This document shows positions 44,744 through 55,001 of a DNA stretch of 64,000 nucleotides, in pieces. The notes under the pieces are model-generated. The model was not told where the DNA came from. It was given only the letters and a program-made list of their open reading frames with translations, and did no database searches. Position numbers and translations under genes: made by a program. Source of the stretch: an uncultured Pseudomonadota bacterium (GTDB taxonomy: Bacteria > Oederibacteriota > Muellerivitia > Muellerivitales > Muellerivitaceae); the NCBI GenBank assembly GCA_963770835.1, contig CAVYRH010000026.1, positions 192,001 to 256,000 of the forward strand. Direction: 5' to 3'. The number at the start of each line of letters is the position of its first letter. Position 1 is the first letter of the stretch.

Positions 44744-47413
44744 TCAAAGACCGGCGGCCTTTTGCCGCAGGCCTGTTGCGAAATCCCTTCCCCAATAATC
44801 CTTCACATCCGAGGAAACCCTCAGGAGCAACCTTCTGAGGGTTTCTTTCGTTTCAGCATCCACGTAGTCCGTGGGGTCGGGCTGGAAGCCGCGGATGGCC
44901 AGCATGTTGGAAACATAGCAGTCCCCGTCGTAAAGATGCAGGGGCGCGGAATATTCGATGAGCCCATTGTCGTCGGTATCCAGGGGAGCGTCGGCGCAAA
45001 AATCCTTCACCTCCCGCGGACCCATCCTCAGCATGGAAACCAAATCCCCGGCCTGCTCCACCGATATGCGGCCCAGGGCTTGTTTCAGCGGGCCGGATTG
45101 GATGGCTTTTTCCATGTAGGGAATGTTGGGTTTCAAGGGGGCTTCCGAACCCAGCAGTACCAGGTCGGGCACGGGCTGAAGGCTGTCGGGCGGAGGCGGC
45201 ACACCAAAAACATAGACATAAGGGAAAACCGAGCTGAAGGTTCGGCAGATGGCCCTCACGTCGTCGTTCTTCATCCCGTAAATCTGCACCCACTGGCCAT
45301 AGACCCCGCCCGGGGCCAAGGCCCTTTTCCCGATCTCAAAACATTCCCTGGAGAAAAGGTTGGAAACGCCCGAGAGCCAGGGGTTGCTGGGCTCGCAGAT
45401 GACCACGTCGTATTTCCCTGGGGCGAGGCGCAGGTAATGGCGGGCGTCGTCCGGGATGAAATGGAACCGGGGGTCGGTGAGGATGTGGAAGTTGAAATCC
45501 CTGAAGAACGCGGTGGCCTGGGGCATGAAGGGCTCCAGTTCCACCACGTCCAGGCTTTGGGGGTTGTGCGTGAGCACGGTTCCGGCGGTGATGCCGCTGG
45601 CCAAGCCGATCACCGCCACCCTTTGCGCGGGCCTTTGGAGAGTGCATTCCCGCCAAAGGAGGGGGAGGTGGGACACCAGCTGTTCGGTGGGAAGGTCGCC
45701 CCGGGAGGAAGCCTCCACCTTGCCGTTGTTGGAAAGGACGATGGTTTTGAACTCCTGTGACTTTTCAACGGTCACGGTGTTGACAAGGCCCTCCCGGTAA
45801 TAAAGAAGCTGGGCCTCAGCCAGGCGCTCGGAGTAGTCGGGGATATAGTCCGAGGCGGAGATGGCCTGGAAAAAGGGGCCGACCGCCAGGTTGTGCCGGT
45901 TCCAGGAGGGAAGGAAGGCCCAAAAAAGCGCGGTTAAGGCCAGCGCCAAGCCGGACGCGGAACCTAGGGCCTTTTTAAAATCCCGGAACCGGGGGACGAG
46001 GGCCAAGAGGCCCGCGGCCAATAGGTTCAAGCCCACCGAGGCCTCCAGGGTTTTTTGCACGCCCACCCATGGGATGAGCACCAGCGAAGCCAGGAGCGAC
46101 CCCAGGATGGCCCCGAGGGTATTGATGCCGTAAACCCGGCCCACCTGGGCGCCGGGGTTTTGGGAAAAAGAAGGGTCCGCCTTCAGCGCCAGGGGAAAAA
46201 CCGCGCCGCAGAGAAAGGCGGTTGGAAAAAGGGCCAGGAAAGCCAGCACAAACTGGACGGCCTTCTGCCACTGGTCCAAGTCCAGGCCGAAGCGGTTGAC
46301 GAGGCCGGCCAGCCCCATGAAGAGAAGCCAGAAGCGGTCGAAGGAATAGACCGTGATTAGGATCACCCCGGCCAGGGCCAATTGCGTGACCGCCAGGACC
46401 GCCAGGGCCTTTTTGCCCGAGGCCTTGGACCGGGAAAAAACGAAGGAGCCCGAGCCCAAACCCGCCAGGAAGGCGGCCAGCATGGCGGAAAAGGCGTAAG
46501 CGGACCCGCCCAGCACCATGCAAAGCACGCGGTTGTACCCCACTTCATCCATCATGGCCGCCGCCCCCGAAAGGCCCGCCACGGCCAGTGCCGCATGTAG
46601 TAATCCACTATAACTTGCCTTGGAAATTTTTTCGTTTGCGGATAGTTTTTGGCGTGTAGGGTTGGATTCTATTTCCCTCGCCCCTTGAGGGAGAGGGTTA
46701 GGGGTTGTGTTGCCTCCCTTCGCCACCCTCACCCCGCCCTCTCCCGTCAAGGGAGAGGGGGAAGAGGAGGAACTCATTCGGCCCAGCGCGGCCCCGGCCC
46801 CCCAGGCCGAAAGTCCCAAAAGGCCGTTGGCCGCGGCGGCCAGGGCGGCGGTTTTCCACTGGCCCACTAAGGGAAGCAGCCAATAGCCGGCGGCAACAGT
46901 GCCGATCAAGGCGCCGGCCGTGTTGACCGCGTAAAGCCGCCCGGCGAAAGAGCTACCGCCCTTTTCCAGCCCCTTCACCAGGTTCGAGAGAAAGGGAAGG
47001 GTGGCCCCCATGCAGGTCGTGGGGACGAGGAGGAGGGCCAGGCAGCCCAGGAACCGGGGGACGATGAAAAGGGAATGGGAAAGGGGCCAATGGGTTTCAA
47101 GGAGTTGAAAGGCCGAATCCACTTGGTGGAAGGAGGACGCCAGGCCGAAGGCGTAGAGGCCGATACCCAACTCCAGCCACCCATAGGCCTTGAGGGGGTT
47201 CTTGAAGCGGCTAGCCCAGCGCCCGCCGAGGCGGCTTCCCAGGAAAAGCCCGCCCATGAAGGCGGCTAGGACCGCCCCCACCGAATAAGTCGTCGCCCCC
47301 AGGATGAGCTCGAACTGGCGGGTCCAGAGCACTTCATAAATAAGGCTGGTGGCGCCGGAAAAAAAGAAGAGGAGGGTGGCGGCCGCGAGGGGCCGGGAAA
47401 AAGGTTCTTTCAC
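44744..47413 (-). CDS. Fused MFS / spermidine synthase-like protein
   Basis: FFFSGATSLIYEVLW.R, G.LYA.NT.G (x2), VIGLASGIT, DVVELEP, DDARHYL, YDVVI.EPSNPW.SG. GTG start inferred from the -10 box. Confidence 0.9.
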   Translation of the reverse strand: MKEPFSRPLAAATLLFFFSGATSLIYEVLWTRQFELILGATTYSVGAVLAAFMGGLFLGSRLGGRWASRFKNPLKAYGWLELGIGLYAFGLASSFHQVDSAFQLLETHWPLSHSLFIVPRFLGCLALLLVPTTCMGATLPFLSNLVKGLEKGGSSFAGRLYAVNTAGALIGTVAAGYWLLPLVGQWKTAALAAAANGLLGLSAWGAGAALGRMSSSSSPSPLTGEGGVRVAKGGNTTPNPLPQGAREIESNPTRQKLSANEKISKASYSGLLHAALAVAGLSGAAAMMDEVGYNRVLCMVLGGSAYAFSAMLAAFLAGLGSGSFVFSRSKASGKKALAVLAVTQLALAGVILITVYSFDRFWLLFMGLAGLVNRFGLDLDQWQKAVQFVLAFLALFPTAFLCGAVFPLALKADPSFSQNPGAQVGRVYGINTLGAILGSLLASLVLIPWVGVQKTLEASVGLNLLAAGLLALVPRFRDFKKALGSASGLALALTALFWAFLPSWNRHNLAVGPFFQAISASDYIPDYSERLAEAQLLYYREGLVNTVTVEKSQEFKTIVLSNNGKVEASSRGDLPTEQLVSHLPLLWRECTLQRPAQRVAVIGLASGITAGTVLTHNPQSLDVVELEPFMPQATAFFRDFNFHILTDPRFHFIPDDARHYLRLAPGKYDVVICEPSNPWLSGVSNLFSRECFEIGKRALAPGGVYGQWVQIYGMKNDDVRAICRTFSSVFPYVYVFGVPPPPDSLQPVPDLVLLGSEAPLKPNIPYMEKAIQSGPLKQALGRISVEQAGDLVSMLRMGPREVKDFCADAPLDTDDNGLIEYSAPLHLYDGDCYVSNMLAIRGFQPDPTDYVDAETKETLRRLLLRVSSDVKDYWGRDFATGLRQKAAGL
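46675..46761. repeat. In-frame intragenic copy of the CCCTC/GGGAGAGGG REP-like doublet
   Basis: Matches 1030-1122; translated as PSPLTGEGGVRVAKGGNTTPNPLPQGARE. Confidence 0.8.
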
Positions 47414-47479
47414 GGGGTGCATTATACCCGCAGGCGGGGCCGCATCAAAAACCCTCCGTCCCCATCCTTTCCCGCCGTT

Positions 47480-48277
47480 TCAGGCTTGTTTGATAGCCTG
47501 CATCTGGACTTCCAACTCGTCCAGGGTCAAGCCCCCGGGTGTGGTGCCCTTGGAGTTGATCCAGGTGTTGTCCGCCAGGGCATAGACCTCATCCACATAT
47601 TGGGAGAAAAAAGCCCAGGTCATGGTGTAGTACTGGCCCCAGGAAATAACCCGTGCCCCGGAGGCGTCATAGCCGGCCAGAACCACCGCGTGGCCTCCCA
47701 CGATTTCCGTATTGTCATTCTGGACGCCCCATACCGCCGGGGGCTGGGCCGGGGCGGGAGGGACGATATATTGGGGGACGTTGAAGCCGATATAGGCCAC
47801 CCCGCAATCGTTGATCGTGCGCCTGACGTCGTCCAGGTTCCTGGGGTCGACCTCCACGAAGGCCGCCAATGGGTTGCGGGTCTTGCCCTGGGGTCCGGTG
47901 GGCGCCCCGGTTTGGACCAAATAAGTCAGCACGTGCTGTTCGTTTCCGCCCGGCCCCTCCCCGCCTATCCGCGGGTTGTAGCCGCAGGCCTGGATGTAGA
48001 GCTTTTTCACGTCGCTGTCCGGCTCGGTGTCCATGGCGGGCCCGGCGTTGAAGGTCCAGACCTGGATGGCGTGGTAAACGGCCGCGCAAGTGCAATCCCC
48101 CAGGCTGTCGTTGAGCATCATGCCCAGGCTCGACGGCATTCCCTTCGTCCAATCGCAGGAGGTTGGGGGCGGGGCCAAGACCTGGCCGGCGGTGATGGCG
48201 CTCATGTGGGGGATGCGCGGGTCGTAGGTGCGCTGCAACCGCCCTAACCGGAAAGACTTCACTGTTGGATTTGCCAT
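47480..48277 (-). CDS. Papain-like (C1-type) cysteine peptidase homologue
   Basis: NDSLGDCTCAA (Cys), GGHAVVLAGYD (His), VISWG; AAGGAG RBS. Confidence 0.72.
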   Translation of the reverse strand: MANPTVKSFRLGRLQRTYDPRIPHMSAITAGQVLAPPPTSCDWTKGMPSSLGMMLNDSLGDCTCAAVYHAIQVWTFNAGPAMDTEPDSDVKKLYIQACGYNPRIGGEGPGGNEQHVLTYLVQTGAPTGPQGKTRNPLAAFVEVDPRNLDDVRRTINDCGVAYIGFNVPQYIVPPAPAQPPAVWGVQNDNTEIVGGHAVVLAGYDASGARVISWGQYYTMTWAFFSQYVDEVYALADNTWINSKGTTPGGLTLDELEVQMQAIKQA

Positions 48278-48514
48278 AGGATTCTCCTTAAGAGATTTTA
48301 AATGGATAATTTTTTTTGACGGAAGCCAATTTTAATTTGGCCCTGAAAAAAACGAGGTTAAATTGTTGGAAAAACTTTCGCGAAACGCCAAAAATGAGGC
48401 AGTTTCAGGGAATGGACCTGGGGGCTTGTTGTTGATGGATTGACGGATGGAAACGGCCGGGGAACGATTCGCGGGTGGTTTTTTGTCTTGTTTTCGGGGA
48501 GTCTTAGGCTTTTT

Positions 48515-50695
48515 TCACTTTGGGGTGATTTTTCCGAAAGCCGTGGCGGGTACGACCTCCCATTTGTCGTCCCCCGGCTTTTTCCAGATGAAGTTCAGGG
48601 CCAGGGAATCGCCGGAATCTTTCTCAAAGTCCAACCGCAGCTTGTGGGGGCCCGTCGCCAACCGGAAAGGTTTTTCCAGGACAACCGATTTTCCATCCAG
48701 CCGCAATTGGGCATTGTCCGTGGTTAAAACTTGGAACTGATATTCTCCGACCTTTGAAATTTCCAGGCTGCCGGTCCAGCGAATACGGAAGGGCGGACCG
48801 CTAGTGAAGGGAAAATCGAATTTTGAGGTGAAATTCAAGACTGGATCGGTTTGAACCGTCACGGGCTTCCCGTTCCAATCGGCAGCGTTCAAATAAGTGG
48901 CCTGGAGCCCCCTTTCCCAGGGATGAACCAGACCCAACAAATTCTTTTGAATCACACAACCATAAATGGATATTTTCCCTATTTGGATTTTATCGGGAGG
49001 GAGCATGGTTGGGAAAAGAGTTTTTAAAAAATCCACCCATCCCGATTTTTCCGATCCTAAATAGAGGATCGCGGAATTGTCCTTGGGCATCCGTCCACCA
49101 GCCCAATCCTGGAGGTTCAAAGCCATTACATCCGAATGGGCCGGATAGGAAAGAAACTGAACCGTGTGGTTCGCAAAATAAAATGAATCCACGAAGTAAT
49201 GCTGGTTGGAGGGGTGCGATTCCTCGAGTGACTCAATGCTTTTCCCGATAAAAGTTTGTTCCACTCCAAAGGCTTCCCGGCACCGTGGGTCTTCGGCTTG
49301 TCCCACGAAATAGGTCAGGGTGTTTTGGGCCGTCATTCCCGCCAACAGCAAGGTTCCGATAGCCGCTGGAACGGCCGATTTTTTGAAGGCCGCTTTGGAA
49401 TGATTCCAGAAAAAAACAAAAGCGCTTCCCGCAAAGTAAGCCACAAAGGGCGTCAAAGAAACCAGACGGTTGGAATGGGCGGGGTCGGTGGAAAGAAGGC
49501 CGGTCAAGAGCATCACGCCGAAACCGGCGAGGGGATAGAATCCCTCCCGCTCCTTCCGCCGGCGCCAGGCAAGGGCCAAGCCCAAAATGAAAAACACCGC
49601 CGTGATGTCGTCCAACATCCTCATCCCCGGAATGTTATGGCGGGGGTTCAAATCCCCAGAGCGGTTGAACATCAGAAGGGTTCCAGTCCAGACGTCCCAA
49701 AGAGGTTTGAGACTGTGTTCCTGGACGATCTTCGTACCGATGAATAAATCCGCTTCCCGATGGCCGAGGATTCCTTTTTGAACCATAACAGTTAAAAGCG
49801 GCAAAACGATGGTCAAAACAATCAGGAAATAGGAAAGAAAGGGCCGTGAGTTACGGATTTTCTTTTTCAGCAGAAAAAATTCGTAGGCTGCATAAATCGC
49901 CATAAGGAGTGGGACGATTTTAAAGGCTTGGTATGAGTAAAATCCGATCCCTACGAAAAGGGCTGAAAGGATGAACGCCCATTTCTTGCGGCTCTTTATC
50001 CAATAGGCCCAAAAGGCGAGGGCGGCGAACAAATAAAAAGGAACCTGGATGCTCGGATAACCGTTGCGGGTTTCGATCCAGTTCCAGCGCATGACCGCCA
50101 AGATGAAGAGGGAAAGGAGAGCCGGGCGTTGGCCCGCCCATTGGCGAATCGTCCAATAAACGAAAGGGAAAGCGGCCAAGGAAAGCAGGATGAAAAAAAG
50201 GTGAAAAGTGAAATAAGAGGAGCCCACCAAGGCGAACCAAGCGGCCAATTGGTAAAAAAGAAGAATTTCGGGCACCTGGTAGTCAAATACTTCGCCGAAA
50301 GGCCGCCAGCCTTCGTGCAGGATGCGCAAGGCGCAAAGACCGGTCAAGCCCTGGTCGGTATGCATCCCGGCGGGCAGTGAATCAATGTCGCAAATCCGGA
50401 AAAAGAAAGCGGCCAACAGGATGAAGGTGAAAAGAAAAAGCTCCCGACTCAAGGAAAGGGGTTTTGGTTTATTTTCCTTTTTGGCGTCGTCAGGGAAAGA
50501 ATAGTAAAGAACAGCTACCGCGGCGCCGAATAACAACAAGCCGGGAAAAAGGGTCCAAGACCGGGAAGCCTGGGCCAGGAAAGCCTGTCCCGTGGCCGCC
50601 AACAAAAAAGTCCGCCAAAGGAAGGTTGGATGTTGGGTTGGACCGGGGTTCGGCAAAGCGCCTCCGAGAAGGGTTGGTTCACATGGGTTCATCAT
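48515..50695 (-). CDS. GT-C (ArnT/PMT-like, GT39) glycosyltransferase with C-terminal PA14 domain
   Basis: AFFFR...D.LP.GMHTDQG, multiple TMs; PA14 motifs GLQATY, FRIRWTG.L....G.YQF....D...LRLDG. Start uncertain. Confidence 0.82.
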   Translation of the reverse strand: MMNPCEPTLLGGALPNPGPTQHPTFLWRTFLLAATGQAFLAQASRSWTLFPGLLLFGAAVAVLYYSFPDDAKKENKPKPLSLSRELFLFTFILLAAFFFRICDIDSLPAGMHTDQGLTGLCALRILHEGWRPFGEVFDYQVPEILLFYQLAAWFALVGSSYFTFHLFFILLSLAAFPFVYWTIRQWAGQRPALLSLFILAVMRWNWIETRNGYPSIQVPFYLFAALAFWAYWIKSRKKWAFILSALFVGIGFYSYQAFKIVPLLMAIYAAYEFFLLKKKIRNSRPFLSYFLIVLTIVLPLLTVMVQKGILGHREADLFIGTKIVQEHSLKPLWDVWTGTLLMFNRSGDLNPRHNIPGMRMLDDITAVFFILGLALAWRRRKEREGFYPLAGFGVMLLTGLLSTDPAHSNRLVSLTPFVAYFAGSAFVFFWNHSKAAFKKSAVPAAIGTLLLAGMTAQNTLTYFVGQAEDPRCREAFGVEQTFIGKSIESLEESHPSNQHYFVDSFYFANHTVQFLSYPAHSDVMALNLQDWAGGRMPKDNSAILYLGSEKSGWVDFLKTLFPTMLPPDKIQIGKISIYGCVIQKNLLGLVHPWERGLQATYLNAADWNGKPVTVQTDPVLNFTSKFDFPFTSGPPFRIRWTGSLEISKVGEYQFQVLTTDNAQLRLDGKSVVLEKPFRLATGPHKLRLDFEKDSGDSLALNFIWKKPGDDKWEVVPATAFGKITPK

Positions 50696-50739
50696 ACTTC
50701 ATCGGGCGGTCCCGACCAGGCACTTCATTTCAAAGATGA

Positions 50740-51306
50740 ATGGAAAAGAACGACCTGTTAGGATATTCCGAATTTTACGCAAAGGACTTACCCTTGAAGA
50801 CCGCCTCCTGGATATTAAGCCTGCTCCTGGCCCTGCTTTTGATTTATTCCTTCGCCCAGGTTCCGGCGGGTGATTCCATCCGGGCCCTTCACGTCGCCAG
50901 CCGCTACCAACAGCGCTCCGGGATGGAAACAGGCATCCATTCGCGGACCGGGGCCATCCTAGCTGATTACCGCAGTCCGGATCTCCTGACGGTCGCCACG
51001 CTTTTTTTCACGGCGGCGCTTTGCGTCCTCCTCTTTTTCAACCAACCGCCGAAGATCTTGGATTTTTTATCCTCTTTTCTCTTGTTGGCCCTCGGGGTTC
51101 TTTTAACCCTGGGAATGGGATTCCTGTGCCTTAGGACCGGTGGTAATTTCCTCGACTACGAGAGCTTGGTTTCATGGGTGGGGCCGCTGAATGCCCGGTT
51201 GGACGGGAGTTTGGCCTTATTGGGAGGGACCCTCCTTTCCCTCGGCGGGCTCTTGATGCTTTGGGCCCGGTGGATTCGTTCTCCGGAGGGTCCCCGTGGC
51301 CGTTGA
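50740..51306 (+). CDS. Divergent MrpB/MnhB-like subunit
   Basis: AILADYRSPD (cf. DYRxxDTxGE), GGNFLDY; upstream of MrpC- and MrpD-like genes. Confidence 0.6.
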   Translation: MEKNDLLGYSEFYAKDLPLKTASWILSLLLALLLIYSFAQVPAGDSIRALHVASRYQQRSGMETGIHSRTGAILADYRSPDLLTVATLFFTAALCVLLFFNQPPKILDFLSSFLLLALGVLLTLGMGFLCLRTGGNFLDYESLVSWVGPLNARLDGSLALLGGTLLSLGGLLMLWARWIRSPEGPRGR

Positions 51307-51607
51307 CCTTGGGAACGCCTTCCATTACGCCGTTCCCCTCGCACTTTGCCTGGCCGGGTTTCATGGCGTTTTTTTCCACTCCGGGCCTTGGAAGAAAACA
51401 CTTTCCTGGTGCGCCTTCCAGGCGGGCCTCATCGTGTTTCTTTTCCAACTCACCTCCAAGGATAATCCCTTTCCGGCCGCCCTCGCCTTGAGCACCTCGG
51501 CTTGCACCGCCGCGGTCGTGATTTTATTGGGCGTCTTTTCCTTAAAATTAGGTGGGCGGACAAAATCCCCGGAGAGTGGAAAGAATAACCGGCGGGGTCC
51601 CAAATGA
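51296..51607 (+). CDS. Divergent MrpC/NuoK-like subunit
   Basis: Three TMs; KK.L....FQAG, NPFPAALALS (cf. NPLPQALVLT). Confidence 0.7.
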   Translation: MAVDLGNAFHYAVPLALCLAGFHGVFFHSGPWKKTLSWCAFQAGLIVFLFQLTSKDNPFPAALALSTSACTAAVVILLGVFSLKLGGRTKSPESGKNNRRGPK

Positions 51608-53118
51608 AGGATCATCTGCCCATTCTCATGGCCTTACTTCCCCTAGCAGGGGCTTGGCTTACCTTTTTCCTGGGTTTTCTTTCCTACCGTCTCTCGCGCC
51701 TCTGCGTCTACGCCGTGCTTCTTTTCACCCTCTATTTAACCGGTTTGTCCCTGCCAAAACTCCTTTCCGAAGGGTCCTGGCATTATTTCCTGGGAGGATG
51801 GGCGCCGCCGTGGGGCATCGAGCTGGTCATTACGCCTTTTTCCGCTTTCCTGGGCTGTTTTGTCCTCCTTTTAGCGCTCCTCGCTTTTTTTCAGCTGGGT
51901 TCCTTTGGGCTTGTGGCAGGCCTCTTGAAGAGCCGGGAATCCCTCGGAGGGTCTCTTTTACTGGTATGGGTATCCGCCCTGTTGGCACTGCTTTGGGTGA
52001 GGGACGGTTTCAGCTTGTATCTTTTCTTTCAAATTTCCGTAGTGGCGGCTGCCGGCCTCATGGTTTGCGTCACACGGCAAGGTTGGCAGGAGGGGTTTCA
52101 TTTCCTTTTGGGGGGAAGCATGGGGGCCTCCCTTCTTTTGGCGGGCTTCTTTTTTCTTTATTCCTCCACAGGTACGCTGCACTTGGACGACCTTTTAGTC
52201 CAACTCTTTATCGCCAAAAATTTTTCCGCAGCCTTAACCACAGGTTTTTTCCTGGCGGGGGGGCTCAGCTACCTTTTTTGTTTTCCGGCGCCCGTTTTCT
52301 TCAACCAGCTTTTAAACCAAGCGCCGCCCTTTTTCTTGGGACTTTTGACCTCGGTTTTGGTCCGGGTCGGGGTCTATCTTTTGTTTCTTTTTCTCTTTTT
52401 CGTGTTGAACGTGCCGGGGATGGCCCAGCCCCGCTGGTTGACGGCCCTGGAATATCTCTTGGCGGTTCTATTCCTCGCCGGTTTTTTCCTGGCCGCCCGG
52501 CAGAAGGATTTCCTTCATTCGGTGGCCTTTTTGAGCGCGGCCCAACTGGCTTTTCCTTTTATCGGTTTTGTGGCGGGAAACAAAAGCGCCTTGACGGGGT
52601 CACTGATGGAACTCCTGAGCCAGATGCCGACCGTAATGGGGCTGTTTATGGCGGTGGGAGTCCTCAGCTTGAAGCCCGCAGGGTCCCATCCTTTCTCCAA
52701 GCTGGCCGGACTGGGACGCCATGATTTCAGCACGGCGCTGGCCCTCATCATCTTCGCCTTTTCCATCGTGGGGGTGCCGCCCACCGGCGGTTGTTTCGGC
52801 AAATACTACCTATTGCAAGGGCTTTGGGAGAAACGGGACTGGTTCTTGATCGCGCCTTTGGGAGCCACGCTCCTTTTCAACCTTTGGATAGCGGCGAGGT
52901 TCCTTTGGCTTTTATTCGAGCACCGGAAGCAGGAGTCACTTCGCGCGCCCATCGCATTTTCCGCCAAGGTTCCGCTGTTTCTTTTGGCAGCCTTGATTTT
53001 GTTGATTGGAATTTTTCACCAGAACGTCATCCAAAGCTTTATTGAGCCCGCCCTGCCCAAGGCCTACCAGAACGTCCCCTTGCCCAACGTGCCCTTCCTG
53101 GGGCATGAGGTGGAGTGA
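51604..53118 (+). CDS. Divergent MrpD/NuoM-like proton-conducting membrane subunit
   Basis: Y.LGGWAPPWGIE, LYSSTGTL, FSIVGVPPTGG.FGKYYL; about 14 TMs. Confidence 0.82.
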   Translation: MKDHLPILMALLPLAGAWLTFFLGFLSYRLSRLCVYAVLLFTLYLTGLSLPKLLSEGSWHYFLGGWAPPWGIELVITPFSAFLGCFVLLLALLAFFQLGSFGLVAGLLKSRESLGGSLLLVWVSALLALLWVRDGFSLYLFFQISVVAAAGLMVCVTRQGWQEGFHFLLGGSMGASLLLAGFFFLYSSTGTLHLDDLLVQLFIAKNFSAALTTGFFLAGGLSYLFCFPAPVFFNQLLNQAPPFFLGLLTSVLVRVGVYLLFLFLFFVLNVPGMAQPRWLTALEYLLAVLFLAGFFLAARQKDFLHSVAFLSAAQLAFPFIGFVAGNKSALTGSLMELLSQMPTVMGLFMAVGVLSLKPAGSHPFSKLAGLGRHDFSTALALIIFAFSIVGVPPTGGCFGKYYLLQGLWEKRDWFLIAPLGATLLFNLWIAARFLWLLFEHRKQESLRAPIAFSAKVPLFLLAALILLIGIFHQNVIQSFIEPALPKAYQNVPLPNVPFLGHEVE

Positions 53119-53155
53119 TATTTTTCCAAAAAAATAAACCGTTGGGTCAGCGGGT

Positions 53156-53800
53156 TTAAAAGGGACGCGGCCGTTGAAGCCTTAAGTGGAGGCCCACGCC
53201 GTCGCGGATGGGCAGCATGGACGAGGCGAAGCGCCGGTCATTCCAGAACAGGCGGGTATATTTCATGATGGCCCGGGTTTCCGCGTCCGGGTTGGGATGG
53301 GCCACTTTGCCCGACCAGAGCAGGTTGTCGGTGATGACCATGTTGCCGGGTTTGATCCTGTGGCTGATGGCGTGGTAGGCGTCCGGATAACCTTCCTTAT
53401 CGATATCACAGTAATAAATGTCGAAATTCCCCGGCGTCTTCGCCAGGCTTTCCAGGGCGTCGCCCGCATGGAAGCGGACTTTCTTCAAAAGCCCGGCTTT
53501 CTTGAAATAATGATGGGCCAGCTTCGTGTTTTCAGGATTTCCGTCGGTGTGGTGCACGATGCCCGTGGGCGGAAGGGCCAGCGCGAACCACATCGTGGAA
53601 TAGCCAAAACCCGAACCCAACTCGAAAACCCTCCCAGCCCCTGAAAGAACCGACAATTGATACAAAACCCGGCCCACTTCGCAGTTCACGATAGGAAAAT
53701 TTTTCGACTCCCCATAAGCCTGCATTTCCCTCAGGATGGGATGATCCACATGCGCGAGTTTATAGAGGTAATTTTTAACAGGTTCGTGGAAGATCGCCAT
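53156..53800 (-). CDS. SAM-dependent O-methyltransferase (caffeoyl-CoA OMT-like)
   Basis: FELGSGFGYS..WFA, GDALE, FD...CDIDKEGYP, ITDNLLWSG.V, PIRDG. Confidence 0.9.
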   Translation of the reverse strand: MAIFHEPVKNYLYKLAHVDHPILREMQAYGESKNFPIVNCEVGRVLYQLSVLSGAGRVFELGSGFGYSTMWFALALPPTGIVHHTDGNPENTKLAHHYFKKAGLLKKVRFHAGDALESLAKTPGNFDIYYCDIDKEGYPDAYHAISHRIKPGNMVITDNLLWSGKVAHPNPDAETRAIMKYTRLFWNDRRFASSMLPIRDGVGLHLRLQRPRPF

Positions 53801-53802
53801 GT

Positions 53803-54951
53803 TCAACCTCCTTTAGAAACGGGACGGCCTAAAAGCCGGCGAATCCATAAATTAACAGGTACTTCGAAAAATTGATAGGACAGTTGGGCGCAAGAAAAAG
53901 TAACCACCGCGAAAATGAAGAAGGCCAAGTACTCGTTTTCCCCCGTTAAAAAAGGCCAAAGAAAATAGAGAACAGCCGGGTGAATCAAATAACCCCCGTA
54001 ACTTAACACCCCGGGACGGGCCAAAGGCGCCCATAATTTGGAATTAAAAAACTCCAAGTGAAGCCCCCCGAGCAGGAATAAAAACATTCCCCAGGTGATC
54101 AGTGACCAGTTCAGGATGTGCCCGCCGATATCGGCTTTGTAGTCCTGGTGCAGGTAGGCTTTCAAAAAAACAAACAGGCCCAGAAGGCAGAGGGCGAGGG
54201 AGAGCTTTTTGTTTTTCAAGAGGCCGGTTTTAAACCGCTCCACGGCCAGGTAAAGGAGGCAGCCTGTGGCGATGGCCCCAAAGGGACTCAGGTCCCCCAG
54301 GACAGGGATGGATTTGTCCGGAAAATAAAAACTATGGAGAGCGGCGAAGACGGGGGGAAAGAAAATCAAGGCCACCAACAAAAGCCGCAAGCGGCGTTCC
54401 CCGCCCAGCTTTTTAAGGAGGTAGGGGTAACAAAAATAAAACTGTTCCTCGACGGAGAGGGACCAAAGCAGGTCCCAATGAAGGCCGTAGAGATGGATGC
54501 CCACTTGGTGCCATAACCCGAACCAATAAAAGGTGAAAGTGGCGATGGAAAGCCAAAAGGAAGGGGAAAAAGAAACGTCGGGATTCTTGAAAAAATATTG
54601 GTAGGGATGGGAGGGGGATTGGAAAAAGGAAATCATTACGATGCCGAAAAGACAGGTGGTCGCCAAGAGAGGAAGGATACGGCCCGCGCGCCGGGTATAA
54701 AAGTCCCGGAAGTCGGGATTAAAAAGGCCGTAAGGAGCGGGCTGGGAGGCGATCAGGCGGGTGATAACGAAGCCCGAAATCACGAAAAAGATCGTCACCC
54801 CATAACCGCCGTTGACCCAAAGCTTATACCAAAGGAAAGCCAGGAAATAAGGGTGGGAGGGCTGGGTAATGTAGTGGAAACCCAGGTGGTGGGCCAAAAC
54901 TGTCAGGATGCAAGCGGACCGGACTAGGTCGACGATTTGGATTCTTCTCAT
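53803..54951 (-). CDS. Acyltransferase 3 family (OafA-like O-acyltransferase)
   Basis: D..R...IL.V..HH, GV.IFFVISGFVIT, FY.RR..RI.P, WSLSVEEQFY, SYG.YL.H, SY.FFE.P. Confidence 0.92.
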   Translation of the reverse strand: MRRIQIVDLVRSACILTVLAHHLGFHYITQPSHPYFLAFLWYKLWVNGGYGVTIFFVISGFVITRLIASQPAPYGLFNPDFRDFYTRRAGRILPLLATTCLFGIVMISFFQSPSHPYQYFFKNPDVSFSPSFWLSIATFTFYWFGLWHQVGIHLYGLHWDLLWSLSVEEQFYFCYPYLLKKLGGERRLRLLLVALIFFPPVFAALHSFYFPDKSIPVLGDLSPFGAIATGCLLYLAVERFKTGLLKNKKLSLALCLLGLFVFLKAYLHQDYKADIGGHILNWSLITWGMFLFLLGGLHLEFFNSKLWAPLARPGVLSYGGYLIHPAVLYFLWPFLTGENEYLAFFIFAVVTFSCAQLSYQFFEVPVNLWIRRLLGRPVSKGG

Positions 54952-55001
54952 GAAACGACGGGGCCTTTGGGATGGAAATGTAAGCCGGTACGGCCTAGGA
55001 A

